From Lobosporangium transversale (lineage: Eukaryota): a DNA stretch of 64,000 nt. How positions within the stretch are numbered: position 1 is the first letter of the stretch; each line of letters opens with the position of its first letter. Position numbers and translations under genes: made by a program. The notes under the pieces were generated by a model, which ran no database searches, was not told where the DNA came from, and was given only the letters and a program-made list of their open reading frames with translations. Shown here one piece after another: positions 26,220 through 37,422 of this stretch. Location of the stretch: contig NW_019028994.1 of NCBI RefSeq assembly GCF_002105155.1, forward strand, positions 372,001 through 436,000. Direction: 5' to 3'.

Positions 26220-26651
26220 ATGATCATTCCCTATGCTCTTTTGGTTCCCTTATTGCTTCTGAATTCAGCCTCTGCTAGCCATTGGACTTGTTACAGAAAA
26301 CGGATGAAGGGTATTGGTTATGATGTTGATGCTGTTATTGCAGATCCAAGTGGCATTATTATTGCACAAACTAGTTGGCACAGTGACTGGGCCGACGTTT
26401 ACACAAAAAAGAACCATAGAGGGAGGATGGACATTAGAAAAAATTTCCAAAGTTGGTCTTTTGCTATTGATGGTAATGACTATGGAACCTTCTATCCTGC
26501 AGAAGTGAACAGACTTGAAAACAACATTGACAGAATTGCTTTTGGGTGTTATGACACGAGTGCAACAGACTACTGCACGCAATATAACTACATCAGGAAT
26601 ATGTACTACAGATGGCTAGACGAGGTCAGGGACGGGAAGTTGAATGTCTAG
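26220..26651 (+). CDS. Small secreted protein of unknown function, 143 aa
   Basis: Signal peptide MIIPYALLVPLLLLNSASA, intact ORF with 3 Cys. A TATA-like tataaata lies at ~25917 and a probable 5'UTR intron (gtaag ~26066 to tctag ~26195) precedes the ATG. Confidence 0.7.
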   Translation: MIIPYALLVPLLLLNSASASHWTCYRKRMKGIGYDVDAVIADPSGIIIAQTSWHSDWADVYTKKNHRGRMDIRKNFQSWSFAIDGNDYGTFYPAEVNRLENNIDRIAFGCYDTSATDYCTQYNYIRNMYYRWLDEVRDGKLNV

Positions 26652-28309
26652 AGCAAATATCAAATATACATGTAGGAAAAAAAAACTTATTAGCATCACC
26701 AGCCCATACCTGTAGTATTGGTTCATCATAGCCATAGTCCATCTTCACCCAGCACACAAACAAATAAAGGCCGATTGAGTTTGCAAGGGCGCTCTTAGTT
26801 GCACTGATACTAATGACTTGAAATGCCAAGATGTAAAGTAAGCAATTTTACCGAGCACTGCTGACCTGCTGTGATCTATGGACCCACAACTGGTTTTAAT
26901 AGCCTTCCCAGCCAACTCGACTCCTGAGCAGGATAAAGGTAGCTTTCTGACTCCTTTTCATCTGGGAAACTCGAGTACAAAAAGAAAGGGGTTCTTTCCG
27001 AAGAAGAGAGAGTCCTCTCCTTTTTGCTTGCAGATGTTATCCTAAGTTACCATTACTGCTACAGCCAAAGTCAGGGTGTCATTGGAGGCTTAGTGAGAAT
27101 GTCCATAGTCCTCTCCTTTAAAGCCATGGGGATTGTCCTTCACTCCTGCAGGCATGAATGAGTACATTTTTCATGATACATCGATGATTGAGTATACCTG
27201 CAAAACCTGTCTGTGATTGTCTGTGCAGGTTCTCCTGAATTCAGGCGGTGCATGTAAAATGAAGTCACAACTCAGCTCATGTCTAAGCTACTATGGTGAT
27301 GGCACTCTTGTTCCTGTCTTGGTCAATGTCATGGCGGCACTCCTTCTTTTACCTTGATTTCTAGCAAAAGATGGTGGTTCTTTATTTTTATTTTCGTTTA
27401 TGAGAATGGGCTAGCCGAGATGCTAGTTTAAAAGATCACAGTTTTTAAAATAGTGCTGCTATTGTGAACAGATGTAGAAATCTGTTATCTTGGGCACTGA
27501 TTGTGAATGGAAATGGGGTGAGGGTCTGAGGGCCTTTTCTTTTCTTTTCTTTTTCTTTCTTTCTTTCTTTTCATAGCCTGAGCCACAACGAGCGCTTCAT
27601 GTCGCCCGAATTGGCAACATTACTTCCGCCGTACCAGTTGATATCAGTGATGATAATAATAATAAGCTCTCAATCTACTCTACCGCGACCGTTATCATGT
27701 TTAGTAGTTTCTGAGGAATATTGTACAATCCATAGAGCCCCGTCGCAGCTCTCTCTTTATATACTTGGCGCTTTTGCCCAAATAGAGTGGCGTAGGGGAA
27801 ACTTATGAAGCTGACCATTATGACAAGCGGACGGATAGGTAAAGGAAAGAGAAGAAGTGTTGAGTCAATCAGATATTGGTGGCGATAGTAGTCCAATTGA
27901 GGTGAGGGACGGCGTATGCTAAAAATAAGCCAACCCTCAGTAACAATGAGGTCTTTGCGCTCAGGACAGTTGTTTCACAAAGAATACTTATATTTTTGGG
28001 AGTTTTGGCCGTTGCTCCAAGCATATGAACTTAAGAAAATAAAAAAGAAACCACCGAAGGAAAAAAAAAAAAAAAAAAAAAAAAGAAGTATCAGTAAAGG
28101 GGCACCGTATCAACAATGCATACCAATTGGCCAAATATGTTGACCTTCGTTAAATTTAGACGTAGAAGGGGCCACTCATCATTCTTCGGGCTGATCTGAG
28201 GCTTTCCTTTTTGTATGTCGTGTATTGTGTGCATCATACCACGCACTGTTGCCAAGAGTACCTCGTACAATACACATGAAATCGAAAAAAAAAATAATAA
28301 AAAAAAGTC

Positions 28310-28538
28310 TATAAAAGCAAAGCTTTCCTTCATACGGCAACATCTCTCTATCCACTTGCACACATTCAAGCCTGCCTTACTCCCTCAAGCCTACACTCTA
28401 GCCTGCCCTATACTACCATTTCCTAAATTTACCCTACCTCAAGGTGAGAATAAGTATTTTGTATGCTTTTACTTTTATCGTGAGTCCATCCATCCATTCT
28501 ATTCCTCAGTGCTCACTAAGTCTGCGCTCAACGAATAG
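28310..28538 (+). promoter_or_regulatory. TATA box and 5'UTR intron of a family A gene (example: A4)
   Basis: tataaaagcaaag at 28310, donor gtgaga at 28444, acceptor aatag ending at 28538. The same layout is seen upstream of the other A copies. Confidence 0.65.
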
Positions 28539-28539
28539 T

Positions 28540-29133
28540 ATGCATCAAGCCGTCGCCTTATTGGTTGCGATCTTTGCGATCATTAGTGTGGTCATTGCAG
28601 AACCCTTGCTTCCAAATGGCTACTACCGTATTTACAAGGGAAACCACCGCGTGCCCTCCAAGAACCGTTATTTCACTGCTTATCCAGATGACAGGACTGG
28701 CTCTGTGAAGATTGAGCTCAAAACTGAAGATGAACTTCAAGTATGGCGACTCCGCAATCATGACAACGGCAAAGTGTCCCTTGAAGTCTACGATGAAGAT
28801 GCAGATGAGAGCAAATACCTTTCGGAAGGAAGATCTGGAGCCCTTCCAGGAGCACATCTTGGTGTTACTGAAAAGCGTCAAAAGTGGTTCATCACCAAGG
28901 TTGGAAGAAGCTATTACACTAGATATATGCTCACTCACCCGAGAAAGTTCCATAACCAGACACTTGTTGTCAGCGAGAGCAACTCTTATGAGGAGGATGT
29001 TACCAAGCCAAACTGGGTGTCTTTTAGGTGCGAAGGCCAAACTAACTACACTCTGGCCTGGAAGTTTGCGAGGGTCTACCCCGACGAAGATGAAGACGCG
29101 AAGCACAATGAGAACGGCGAAGACGACAAGTAA
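28540..29133 (+). CDS. Family A copy A4, 197 aa (no adjacent B partner)
   Basis: Signal peptide, EPLLPNGYYRI and QVW/QKW/LAW motifs. The upstream B-A spacer is present from ~26800 but the B gene is missing. Confidence 0.8.
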   Translation: MHQAVALLVAIFAIISVVIAEPLLPNGYYRIYKGNHRVPSKNRYFTAYPDDRTGSVKIELKTEDELQVWRLRNHDNGKVSLEVYDEDADESKYLSEGRSGALPGAHLGVTEKRQKWFITKVGRSYYTRYMLTHPRKFHNQTLVVSESNSYEEDVTKPNWVSFRCEGQTNYTLAWKFARVYPDEDEDAKHNENGEDDK

Positions 29134-29642
29134 ATAGTCGAAGATTCGAGCCAGGCCTTCAGTTAAGCTTCAAATTCATCTTTGAAAACAATCCTTTTCC
29201 CAATGCAGATATTTGTAGCCTCTCAATTATATTAAATAAATAATATATATATATAAAAGAAAAAGAAAAGAAAAAACCCTTGTTTTGATGGCAACGCGCT
29301 CGTTCCTATACAATGCAAAGGCTAAACAACACGAGGAAAATCACACTACTAGAAAGGTGATGATGGTTTATGCCACAATGGCGGAATTGCTTCGGCTACT
29401 GCGGGATTATTTGTCTTGAGCATTCTCAATAGGAGAAGGCGCCTCATTTTTCTTTTAGATAACTTGCCACTTTAACCTTTTCGTCAGCATATCGACTCTC
29501 TTCATTGCATTAATTGTTTTTGACCCGGTGGCCTTAGACCAAACTGCTTATTACCATCGATATAATCGTCGGTTCCCTTACTCATTAGCCCTTTTTCTTA
29601 GCCTACTGCTTCTGATGGGTCTTGGTGATGCCCCATTTAGCT

Positions 29643-29713
29643 AGGTCTATGGACTTGGATGGATGTAATTAGTAGTGTCACTACTAATTACATCCATCCA
29701 AGTCCATAGACCT
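29643..29713. repeat. Perfect 71-bp palindrome (35-bp arms, 1-nt loop) at the left hAT junction
   Basis: aggtctatggacttggatggatgtaattagtagtg t cactactaattacatccatccaagtccatagacct. Confidence 0.95.
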
Positions 29714-29955
29714 TCGAACCGAAATCGAATTGACCAAGGTAAGGTTCATATCGAATCGAAACCGAATGAATATATATTGTCGAAACCGAATCGAATGTAT
29801 CGAATATTCGATGCATTCGGTAAACCGAATCATTCGGTGCCTCGATTGTACCGATTCAATTCATTTGATATACCGAATCATTCGGTACATTGATAAACCG
29901 ATTAAAATTTTTATAAATTTTTTCTCACGGCACTCTTAATCAAAATGTGGATTTA

Positions 29956-30318
29956 CAGTCGTCCCTCAGTAATTCGCGAATTACTGAGGGACCTGGTCTG
30001 TTATTATTCACTTCAATTCAATTTCAATTATATTGGTGGGCTCCTTTATTCTTTTTTTTTTCTCATTTTTTGAATTTTTCATTTTTTTAAACAGCCACCC
30101 TATGTATTTTTCATGAAAATTTATTTTTTTATTTTTTGTGTGTTTTGTATGCAGAATAGTGAAAAATACATAGGGTGGCTGTTTAAAAAAATATGAAAAA
30201 TTCAAAAAAAGAGAAAAAAAAAGAATAAAGGAGCCCATCAATATAACTGAAATTGAATTGAAGTGAATAAAAACAGACCAGTTCCCTCAGTAATTCGCGA
30301 ATTACTGAGGGACGACTG
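29956..30318. mobile_element. MITE nested in the hAT element (Tc1/mariner-like TA-CAGT ends)
   Basis: Imperfect TIRs of about 160 bp starting cagtcgtccctcag, flanked by TA on both sides. Each arm holds the palindrome gtccctcagtaattcgcgaattactgagggac (one mismatch in the right arm). Confidence 0.75.
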
Positions 30319-30575
30319 TAAATCATGGATTAAGAAAAATATTACCATGAAGATAAGGTTAAAACACATGTTTATAGAAAATAAAGCCTAACAACGAGTG
30401 CGAGATATCTGGTGCGTTATACTTAAATACTCAACTGCGGCATCAGGACAACAAATGTGTTTGCATTCGCTTCAGTTCGCCTCATTTCCTTTCCTTTTCC
30501 TTTTTTTTTTTTTTTTTTTTTTCTCTCTTTTCCTTTTCATGCATTATCTCAATTCAGCCCAAAACATCTCTTAAA

Positions 30576-33083
30576 ATGAGTAAACGACGTCGTCGAATTA
30601 TCGAGGAGGAAGCAGAAGAAGTATTTATTGATTACATTTGCCATATTACTTTGTATTAAGAAAAGAAGGAAAAAACTTAACCTTAATGTTTAAATTAATA
30701 CCTCCATAGCAATTTTATCATACATGAACTTAAGGTTTATGACGTTGGTAACACTTCTATGTCTGCCAGCTTTGACGCACCTGACAACGATATGGATATG
30801 GAGAGCGTGATGAGCGGCAGCGTGATGAATGAGAGCTTAGTGACGAGGAGCGTGGGAAGCTCCAGCGTGGCAAGCAGCACGGCGATCAACCGAAGCTGGG
30901 CGTGGTCACTGAAGAACAAGTGGGCCGAGCGTGTTAAAACTAAGAGTGGCTCTGGTATGCGCTGCTGTTACCCTAGCTGCGGGAAAACCTTTGGTTCATC
31001 AAATATGTCAACTTCAGGGGTCATCCAGCATCTGTGGCGAGTACATCGCATCACTAAAGATAGCAATGCCAATGATGGCAGTCTCTCCAAGCAAGGCCCA
31101 ATGGACAAGATGCTTAATTCATTTTCTCAGCCAAAAGTATTTGACCCTACGAGATTTGACGAATTGCTTGTCCGATTCGTTATCACAACAAAGCAGCCAT
31201 TTACGATTGTCAAAAGCACTGCTCTCCAGGAGCTTCTAGTCCATGCTACAATGGCTACAGCATCTCAAGTAAAGCTACCGTCTGATGACACCATGGCAAC
31301 CAAGGTAAAACTATTATTACTATGATTATGATTATTATTATTATTATTATTATTACTCTTCAATTATTATTTTTTTTTTATAACAAACATCAACCAAACA
31401 CTGACAAAAAGATGGATTAAAAATAGGCTAAGCTAAAATGCCAATACATGGAGCATCAAGTCATAAGCTTATTTGAGGATATTAACAAGGTATCACTGAC
31501 CGTTGATGGCTGGACAAGCCCTTTCCAAGACAACTTCCTGGGGGTAACAGCTCACTGGATTGATCATGACTGGCGCCAACAAGAGCTGGTCATTGGATTT
31601 GAGCCATTGTATGGAGCGCATACAGGTGAGAACTTAGCGGAATCTCTGGCTAAGGTCATCGATCGATTTAAAATTGGTGACAAGCTTCTAAGTATCACCA
31701 CCGACAATGCGTCAAATATGTCCAAAATGATCCGAGAGCTTGAAAAGCATCCCAAGGCAGTAGAATGGGAATTCTCAGTCACTTTTAATAATGCTAGCGC
31801 ATCTAGTAATGAGTTATCTCTAACGCTTCTCTTAAAAAAAATAAAAATAAATAAAAATAAAAAACATTAGGCCGCTCAAGGATGGCTTATACCATGTGCC
31901 ATGCCTTGGACACATCATTAATCTGGCAGTTCAGGCGATTTTGGGCCCAAGTGGTTTGAATGACTTGGCTCCTGAAAATGACAGTCTCTACGTGAACAAC
32001 AATGAGTGTGAGGATGCGGTTGGGTTAACGCTTGTAACGCTGAGTACATTACAGAAACTCAGAAAAGGCATTGTTAAGATCAGGTCAGTATTACTATATA
32101 ATCTTGACTGCAAATATAAACTTGAATCATGAAACTTAACTATAAAATACCTTTTATATCGACTTATACATAGAGCTTCGCCACAAAGAATTGACAAGTT
32201 TGGCCAGGTCTGCGCTATCCTGAAATGCCCAAACCTTGATCTGAAAAGGGATAACTGCACACGTTGGAACTCTACTTTCATCATGGTGGATAGGGCAATA
32301 ACGTTAAGGCTAGCCTACCAGAGCATGTGCCAGAACGAACCGTTTTTATCGGCCTTCTCCCTGAAAGACGAAGAATGGGGATACCTGAAGAAGCTCCATA
32401 TTTTGCTTAGCCAGTTTAATGATATCACAGCTACGGTGTCTTCTAGCCTGGGATACCCGACAATCAACAGAGCCATGTCTGCTTATAACAACATGATCGA
32501 CCACCTAGAAGATTATATTGAAAAAGAAGAGGATCCTCCACTAAAAAACGCAGCAGGTCAAGGGTTAAAGAAGCTTTTGCGTTATTATTCTAAAACTGAT
32601 TCCTCAGCGGTCTATGCCATCGCCACTGCTATGGACCCGAGGATGCGGTTTGACTGGTGGGAAGCTAACGAATGGGGTGAATATATTCAAAGCAGTCAAG
32701 ACATGGTAACGAAGGTCTGGGAAGATGAATATAAGGGCAAAGAAGGCCCAAGTCAGCTTCCAGCTGAAGAAGAAATGGAGATGAGACGCTATGGTATCAA
32801 GAAAAAAGGTGGAGAGCTTGAATTATACGTTCGAGAAGGAAGTTCTCTAGTTGCTAGTAAACATGAGCCTCCAGAGTTAGTGTACTGGCGATCACAAAAG
32901 GAGCGCTTGCCCAATTTGGCGAATATGGCAAAGGACTGTCTTGCAGTCCCTGTGACATCAACCCCGGCGGAAAGATGCTTTTCGCAAGCCAAGTTCTTCC
33001 TGCCACCTGAAAGAAATAGCCTTAGCCCTACGACGATCCAGCGCTTGGTCATCCTGGACTCTTGGATGAATGTTCTCCCATAA
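30576..33083 (+). CDS. hAT transposase with BED zinc finger; probable exons 30576-30620, 30735-31304, 31427-~31768, 31871-32083, 32174-33083
   Basis: BED finger CCYPSC...HLWRVH. Catalytic motifs SLTVDGWTS, ITTDNASN, CLGH and TRWNST. Dimerisation motif TSTPAERCFS. The expected intron-3 donor reads GG rather than GT, so the gene may be inactive. Confidence 0.85.
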
Positions 33084-34497
33084 ATTAGTTGCTATAGTTC
33101 TGTATACATTCGTTATAAGTGATAAGTCAAAATTTAAATATATTTCCAACATTTGAACGTTAGTCGAATGTACCGTGGCGCATCAAATTGTGTAAGCCCA
33201 TTCTAACCTGTCAAGTTTTTTATTCAAAAAGCCGATATAGTCGTATTAAATAGTGCATAGATACATTCGATGCGCTTAAAAAATCGGTTTCGATGCATTC
33301 GGTAAACGGTTTCGATACATTCGGTAAACGGTTTCGATACATTCGATGCATTCGATATAATCATACGACCCATGCTACACATTAAGGGTATCATTCAACA
33401 CATTCGATTCATTCGATTCGATACAGGAATGGAGCATTCAATTTCGGTACAAACTTACCCTGAGCCGAAACCGAATCGAATGCATTCAATCCCATTCAAT
33501 TTCGGTTGTATCGAATCGATTAGGAGCGCTGAGTAGTGTTACCAAAGATAAATGCCTCATATGCGACCAGATAAGAAAGATGCCTGCTTGTAGCTCCGCG
33601 TCGCATCATAAGCTTTCTGCTGGCAGCACACAACCCAACCGCATCTTGAATACACATGTTGTTAGCACTATGAGCCATTTGTCTGATGCCCTCAAACCCG
33701 GTCATTTTGTTTAAAGAAATAAATATCGTGGCTCCGAGGGCCCCTGTAGTAAAAAGAGAAATAACTATTTCCCTTTCTTACACGAGATAACCCTTGTTGC
33801 CCTCTTACACAATGCAATTTAGCTGAGAGAAGTATAGTTGGGCTCTGTAGCCAGGGAGCGGCCTCCTTTCGAAGCACTCCACGAAAGCGTTCTAATGAAT
33901 CAATCTATGAATCTTGATCTCACAATCATTTTTCACTGTGCGAGGTAATATACTTCCCACCGCGACGTATAAAGCACTTCCTTAAAATAGAAGAAAGATA
34001 GTAGCAAAGAAAGAGGAGAACATTTATACACGTCCATGATTCTCAGATAATAAGCTAAAAAGCGTAGTGTGGTTCGACTTGATTAATTATAGTAATATTT
34101 CTAAGCTCATTGGGAAAAATGGGGCTTTTCCGGAGGTAACGGCTCGACGTGTCTGAGCAATATCGTCAAAGTACTGTAAATGCTCGATGTGAAGCATTTA
34201 TTATAAAATAACTCACTTTTGTGTGTAAATGAGAACTGCATCCTAAATATCCAGTCAGTTAGAAATGTATGATTTGCGGTAATGAAGTTAGCAATGATCT
34301 AGATCAGTGTTAAATTCTATTAACAGTACTTTGACCAGGCAACAGTGAGCTAGCTCTGGCGGTACATATGAAGTAAGCTCAAAGGCAAGGGTTCGAGGTA
34401 TTCATGCTCTTATCAGTACCCGAGCTAAAGTCTCTGTTTTAATAAGGATGAAAACACCTGCGGTTGAACAAGCTCTTCATAATGAACTTTTTTTTTA

Positions 34498-34977
34498 TTT
34501 ATACCTGGCAAAGTCTAACCATACCCTTCTCTTGATATAGTTTTGGAAATGAGGTCAGAATTCCGTCCACTGTCTTGGACATATCCTCCAAAGCCTCGTT
34601 GGGGTCGCCACCAACCTTGACTGCTATTAAGGACGTTGTGTCTTCATTGATTCCAAAGCGTTTCAGAGATTCTGCGGCCTATGCACCTCAAGAGAGGACT
34701 AGAAAAATAAAAAATAGCATTAAATTAGATTAGCCAATGATTGACCACAGCCAAAAGCTCATGGGGGACGCGTTGTGGAAATTGTTAATATTTGATATAA
34801 ATGACGTCCTATAGTAACGATGAGCAGTTGATGACATACGTTTTTAGTAGATGAGAGATTATAAATGGTTTCTGAACTGGGGGATTGAGTACTCAATCCC
34901 TAGCGTCATAATCCATTGCTTCCTTGGTAGCTGCTGTTAGAAGCTGGAATACATCCATGATCTGTTTCATTCGAAAG
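34498..34977 (-). pseudogene. CGI121: CGI121 fragment (exons 2-3)
   Basis: The reverse complement matches 4720-5216 with substitutions and indels. Confidence 0.8.
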
Positions 34978-36167
34978 AAATAAATAAAATAAAAATAGAG
35001 TAAATTCCAACAGTGTATTCTTACCTACACCTCCCGAGACGAATTTATCTGTTGACATTGCTGGTGTTAACGTTCAAAGGCAAACTAGTTAATGTTGAGG
35101 AGAGACCTCACAGCTCGAAAAAATGAAACATAATATACCGAAGGTAGTACTTTGTTAACATCTACTACTGACCCCATCGGGTATATTTCTATTCAAAACA
35201 GGATATTGAATCACTTGCACATGCTTGATGAGCACGTATAAAAAAGTATTGACTTATTCAATAAGTACAGAGTACAGTCCATGTATACGATCTCCTTTCT
35301 TATTCCTAGGATAGAGGAAGTCTATGGCTTGAGTCATAGTTGGCACGAGTTATTCTAAGCACTCAAAGCCATCCAGCCAGGGCAAGTGTGCTTTGCTGCT
35401 CATTGATTGGCAGGAAGGAAGGGACTTTGCGGCGGCCTTGTGAGGCAAATGGCGGTGCCAAAGACAAATACAGCCAACTGACAATGAAGCATAGCCTATC
35501 AACATCAGCTCATGTGACTGATGCCTAATAAAACTCTGCCTTTCCTTTGTTCTTTGCGACATTTTACTGCAGTCTATAGGTTTCGTTTCCCAGCAATTAT
35601 GATGTGGGGTGTTAAAAAAGAAAGGTCTGGAACCAACTCTAGACTGATTTAGTAAATTGCCACTAATTTAGGCTTCAAGTCCAAGATATTCACATATTCC
35701 TGAGGTCAAGGCTTATACTCTTCTCAGTCCTTGTATATTTTCGTTGTATTAGAGAAGCCTCACCTTTCTATGATGGGCTATGTCTGGGCCTCTTCGCGAC
35801 TCTAGTGATTAGAAGCACACGATGGATGACAAGGTAAAAAGTATGAAGAAATAAAAATAAAAAAGAGAACAGGCACATGGATTGGCCCTCCTAAAAATAA
35901 AAATGCAAATTCATACCGTAGTCAATGAGGTGGCTGCGTTTAGATCAATGAAACATGGCCTATCTGCGAGATACATGATCGGGAGGAAGAGTAGACCGTT
36001 GGAGGGAAAGCATGAAAGAACAAAAGCACTTTGAACATCAGTCTCATTGGCTATAGTTGCGAGCTGCGCGTACTTACTTATCTAGAACCCCTGAGAGTAA
36101 CTATCAGGTACGTAAAGCTGGCTGCGCGGTCATGTCAATCTAGACGTTACAAAGAAGACAGAATCCA

Positions 36168-36445
36168 TATAAAAAGGACGGGTTCCTCAGAGCAATTCTC
36201 AATCATCAACCAACGCTCACAGCTCTTGCACTCTACTTGCTTTACCTACTTCTTTAACCTCCTTTTCTAGCCTACTTCTTCAACTCAACCTTCTCAGGTA
36301 AGCCTTATCTCCTGATCCTGAGTACTGCGCTAGCAGGTTGCTCTATTGTCTTTGCTTTGCTTTGTTTTTTTTTTTTTTTTTTTTTTTTTTTTTGGCAGGC
36401 TGCCTCCCCTGTTAACGCTTCGTTATATCTGCGACTATTGAATAG
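36168..36445 (+). promoter_or_regulatory. TATA box and 5'UTR intron of a family B gene (example: B4)
   Basis: tataaaaa at 36168, donor gtaagc at 36298, acceptor aatag ending at 36445 and ATG at 36447. This layout is conserved in all intact B copies. Confidence 0.65.
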
Positions 36446-36446
36446 G

Positions 36447-36944
36447 ATGTATCAACCACTCGCTTTCTTGGCTACAGCCCTCGCAATCGTTAACGTGGCC
36501 ATGGCTGCGCTTCTCCCTGATGGATACTACCGCATCTCCATCGATAACCGCTATATCACCACTAAAACAGGAGGCACCGGGTACTGGCCTGCCACTTACC
36601 AGGAGTCTCTGTCAGCTCCTGGTTATTATCAGGAATGGTATCTCCGTAACCATGCTGGTGACAAGGTCACTCTTTCTCCTCGCGGATACCACCAGCGATA
36701 CCTCTCATTGAGCCGATCTGGTGCCAAGGAGTATGCTTACTTGGCTGTTAGTGGCACTAGCCAGAAGTGGACGCTCGAAAAGGCTGATGACGGCAAGTAC
36801 AAGATCGTGTACCCAGTGAAGGTCCATGACAAGTGGCTCAATGTCGATGTCACTCCTGACACTGTATATCCCAAGCGCATTGCTCACCTCTCCGATGGCA
36901 ATCCCAGAGGCAAGCAGCCTTGGAACTTCACTCCTGTCCACTAG
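36447..36944 (+). CDS. Family B copy B4, 165 aa
   Basis: The mature protein is identical to B2. Confidence 0.8.
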   Translation: MYQPLAFLATALAIVNVAMAALLPDGYYRISIDNRYITTKTGGTGYWPATYQESLSAPGYYQEWYLRNHAGDKVTLSPRGYHQRYLSLSRSGAKEYAYLAVSGTSQKWTLEKADDGKYKIVYPVKVHDKWLNVDVTPDTVYPKRIAHLSDGNPRGKQPWNFTPVH

Positions 36945-37391
36945 AGGCGAGCCTCTGACATCCTTTTGAAACTAAAAAGAACCCTTCAAAAGCCTTGTCC
37001 TAGCTACCGAGAATAGTCTCACTACTGTTTTAGTATTGAGTTTAAAAATATAGAAAATGAAAGTATGAACACAAAAGCAATAAGCGGTCAGATATGGCTT
37101 TGTGCACTATGCAGAGTAAATAGTAAAGGCGCGACAAAAAAAAGAGATCATTTTACATATGAAATCTGAAGGAGAAATCAACAACCAAGACTCTTTAGCT
37201 GTAACTTTCATTTGCACTGATAATGACTTGAGGCAATGGGAATGCCAAGCTGTAAAATAGCGAGCAATTGATACGAGTGATACTGAACTGCTGTGATATA
37301 TAAGCTCATGACTGACCTTAGCAGCGTCCTCGGGCAACTTGGCTTCTGAGCAGGATAAAAGTGACCTTTGGTTCACTTCTGTTTGAGTACG

Positions 37392-37422
<31 letters not shown>

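Larger units (their letters stand above)
29679..33531 (+). mobile_element. hAT DNA transposon with the left TIR lost
   Basis: 8-bp TSD agtagtgt at 29671-29678 and 33532-33539. The right TIR is atcgattaggagcgctg. Both ends have tcgaat/ccgaa subterminal repeats. It encodes a hAT transposase. Confidence 0.9.
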
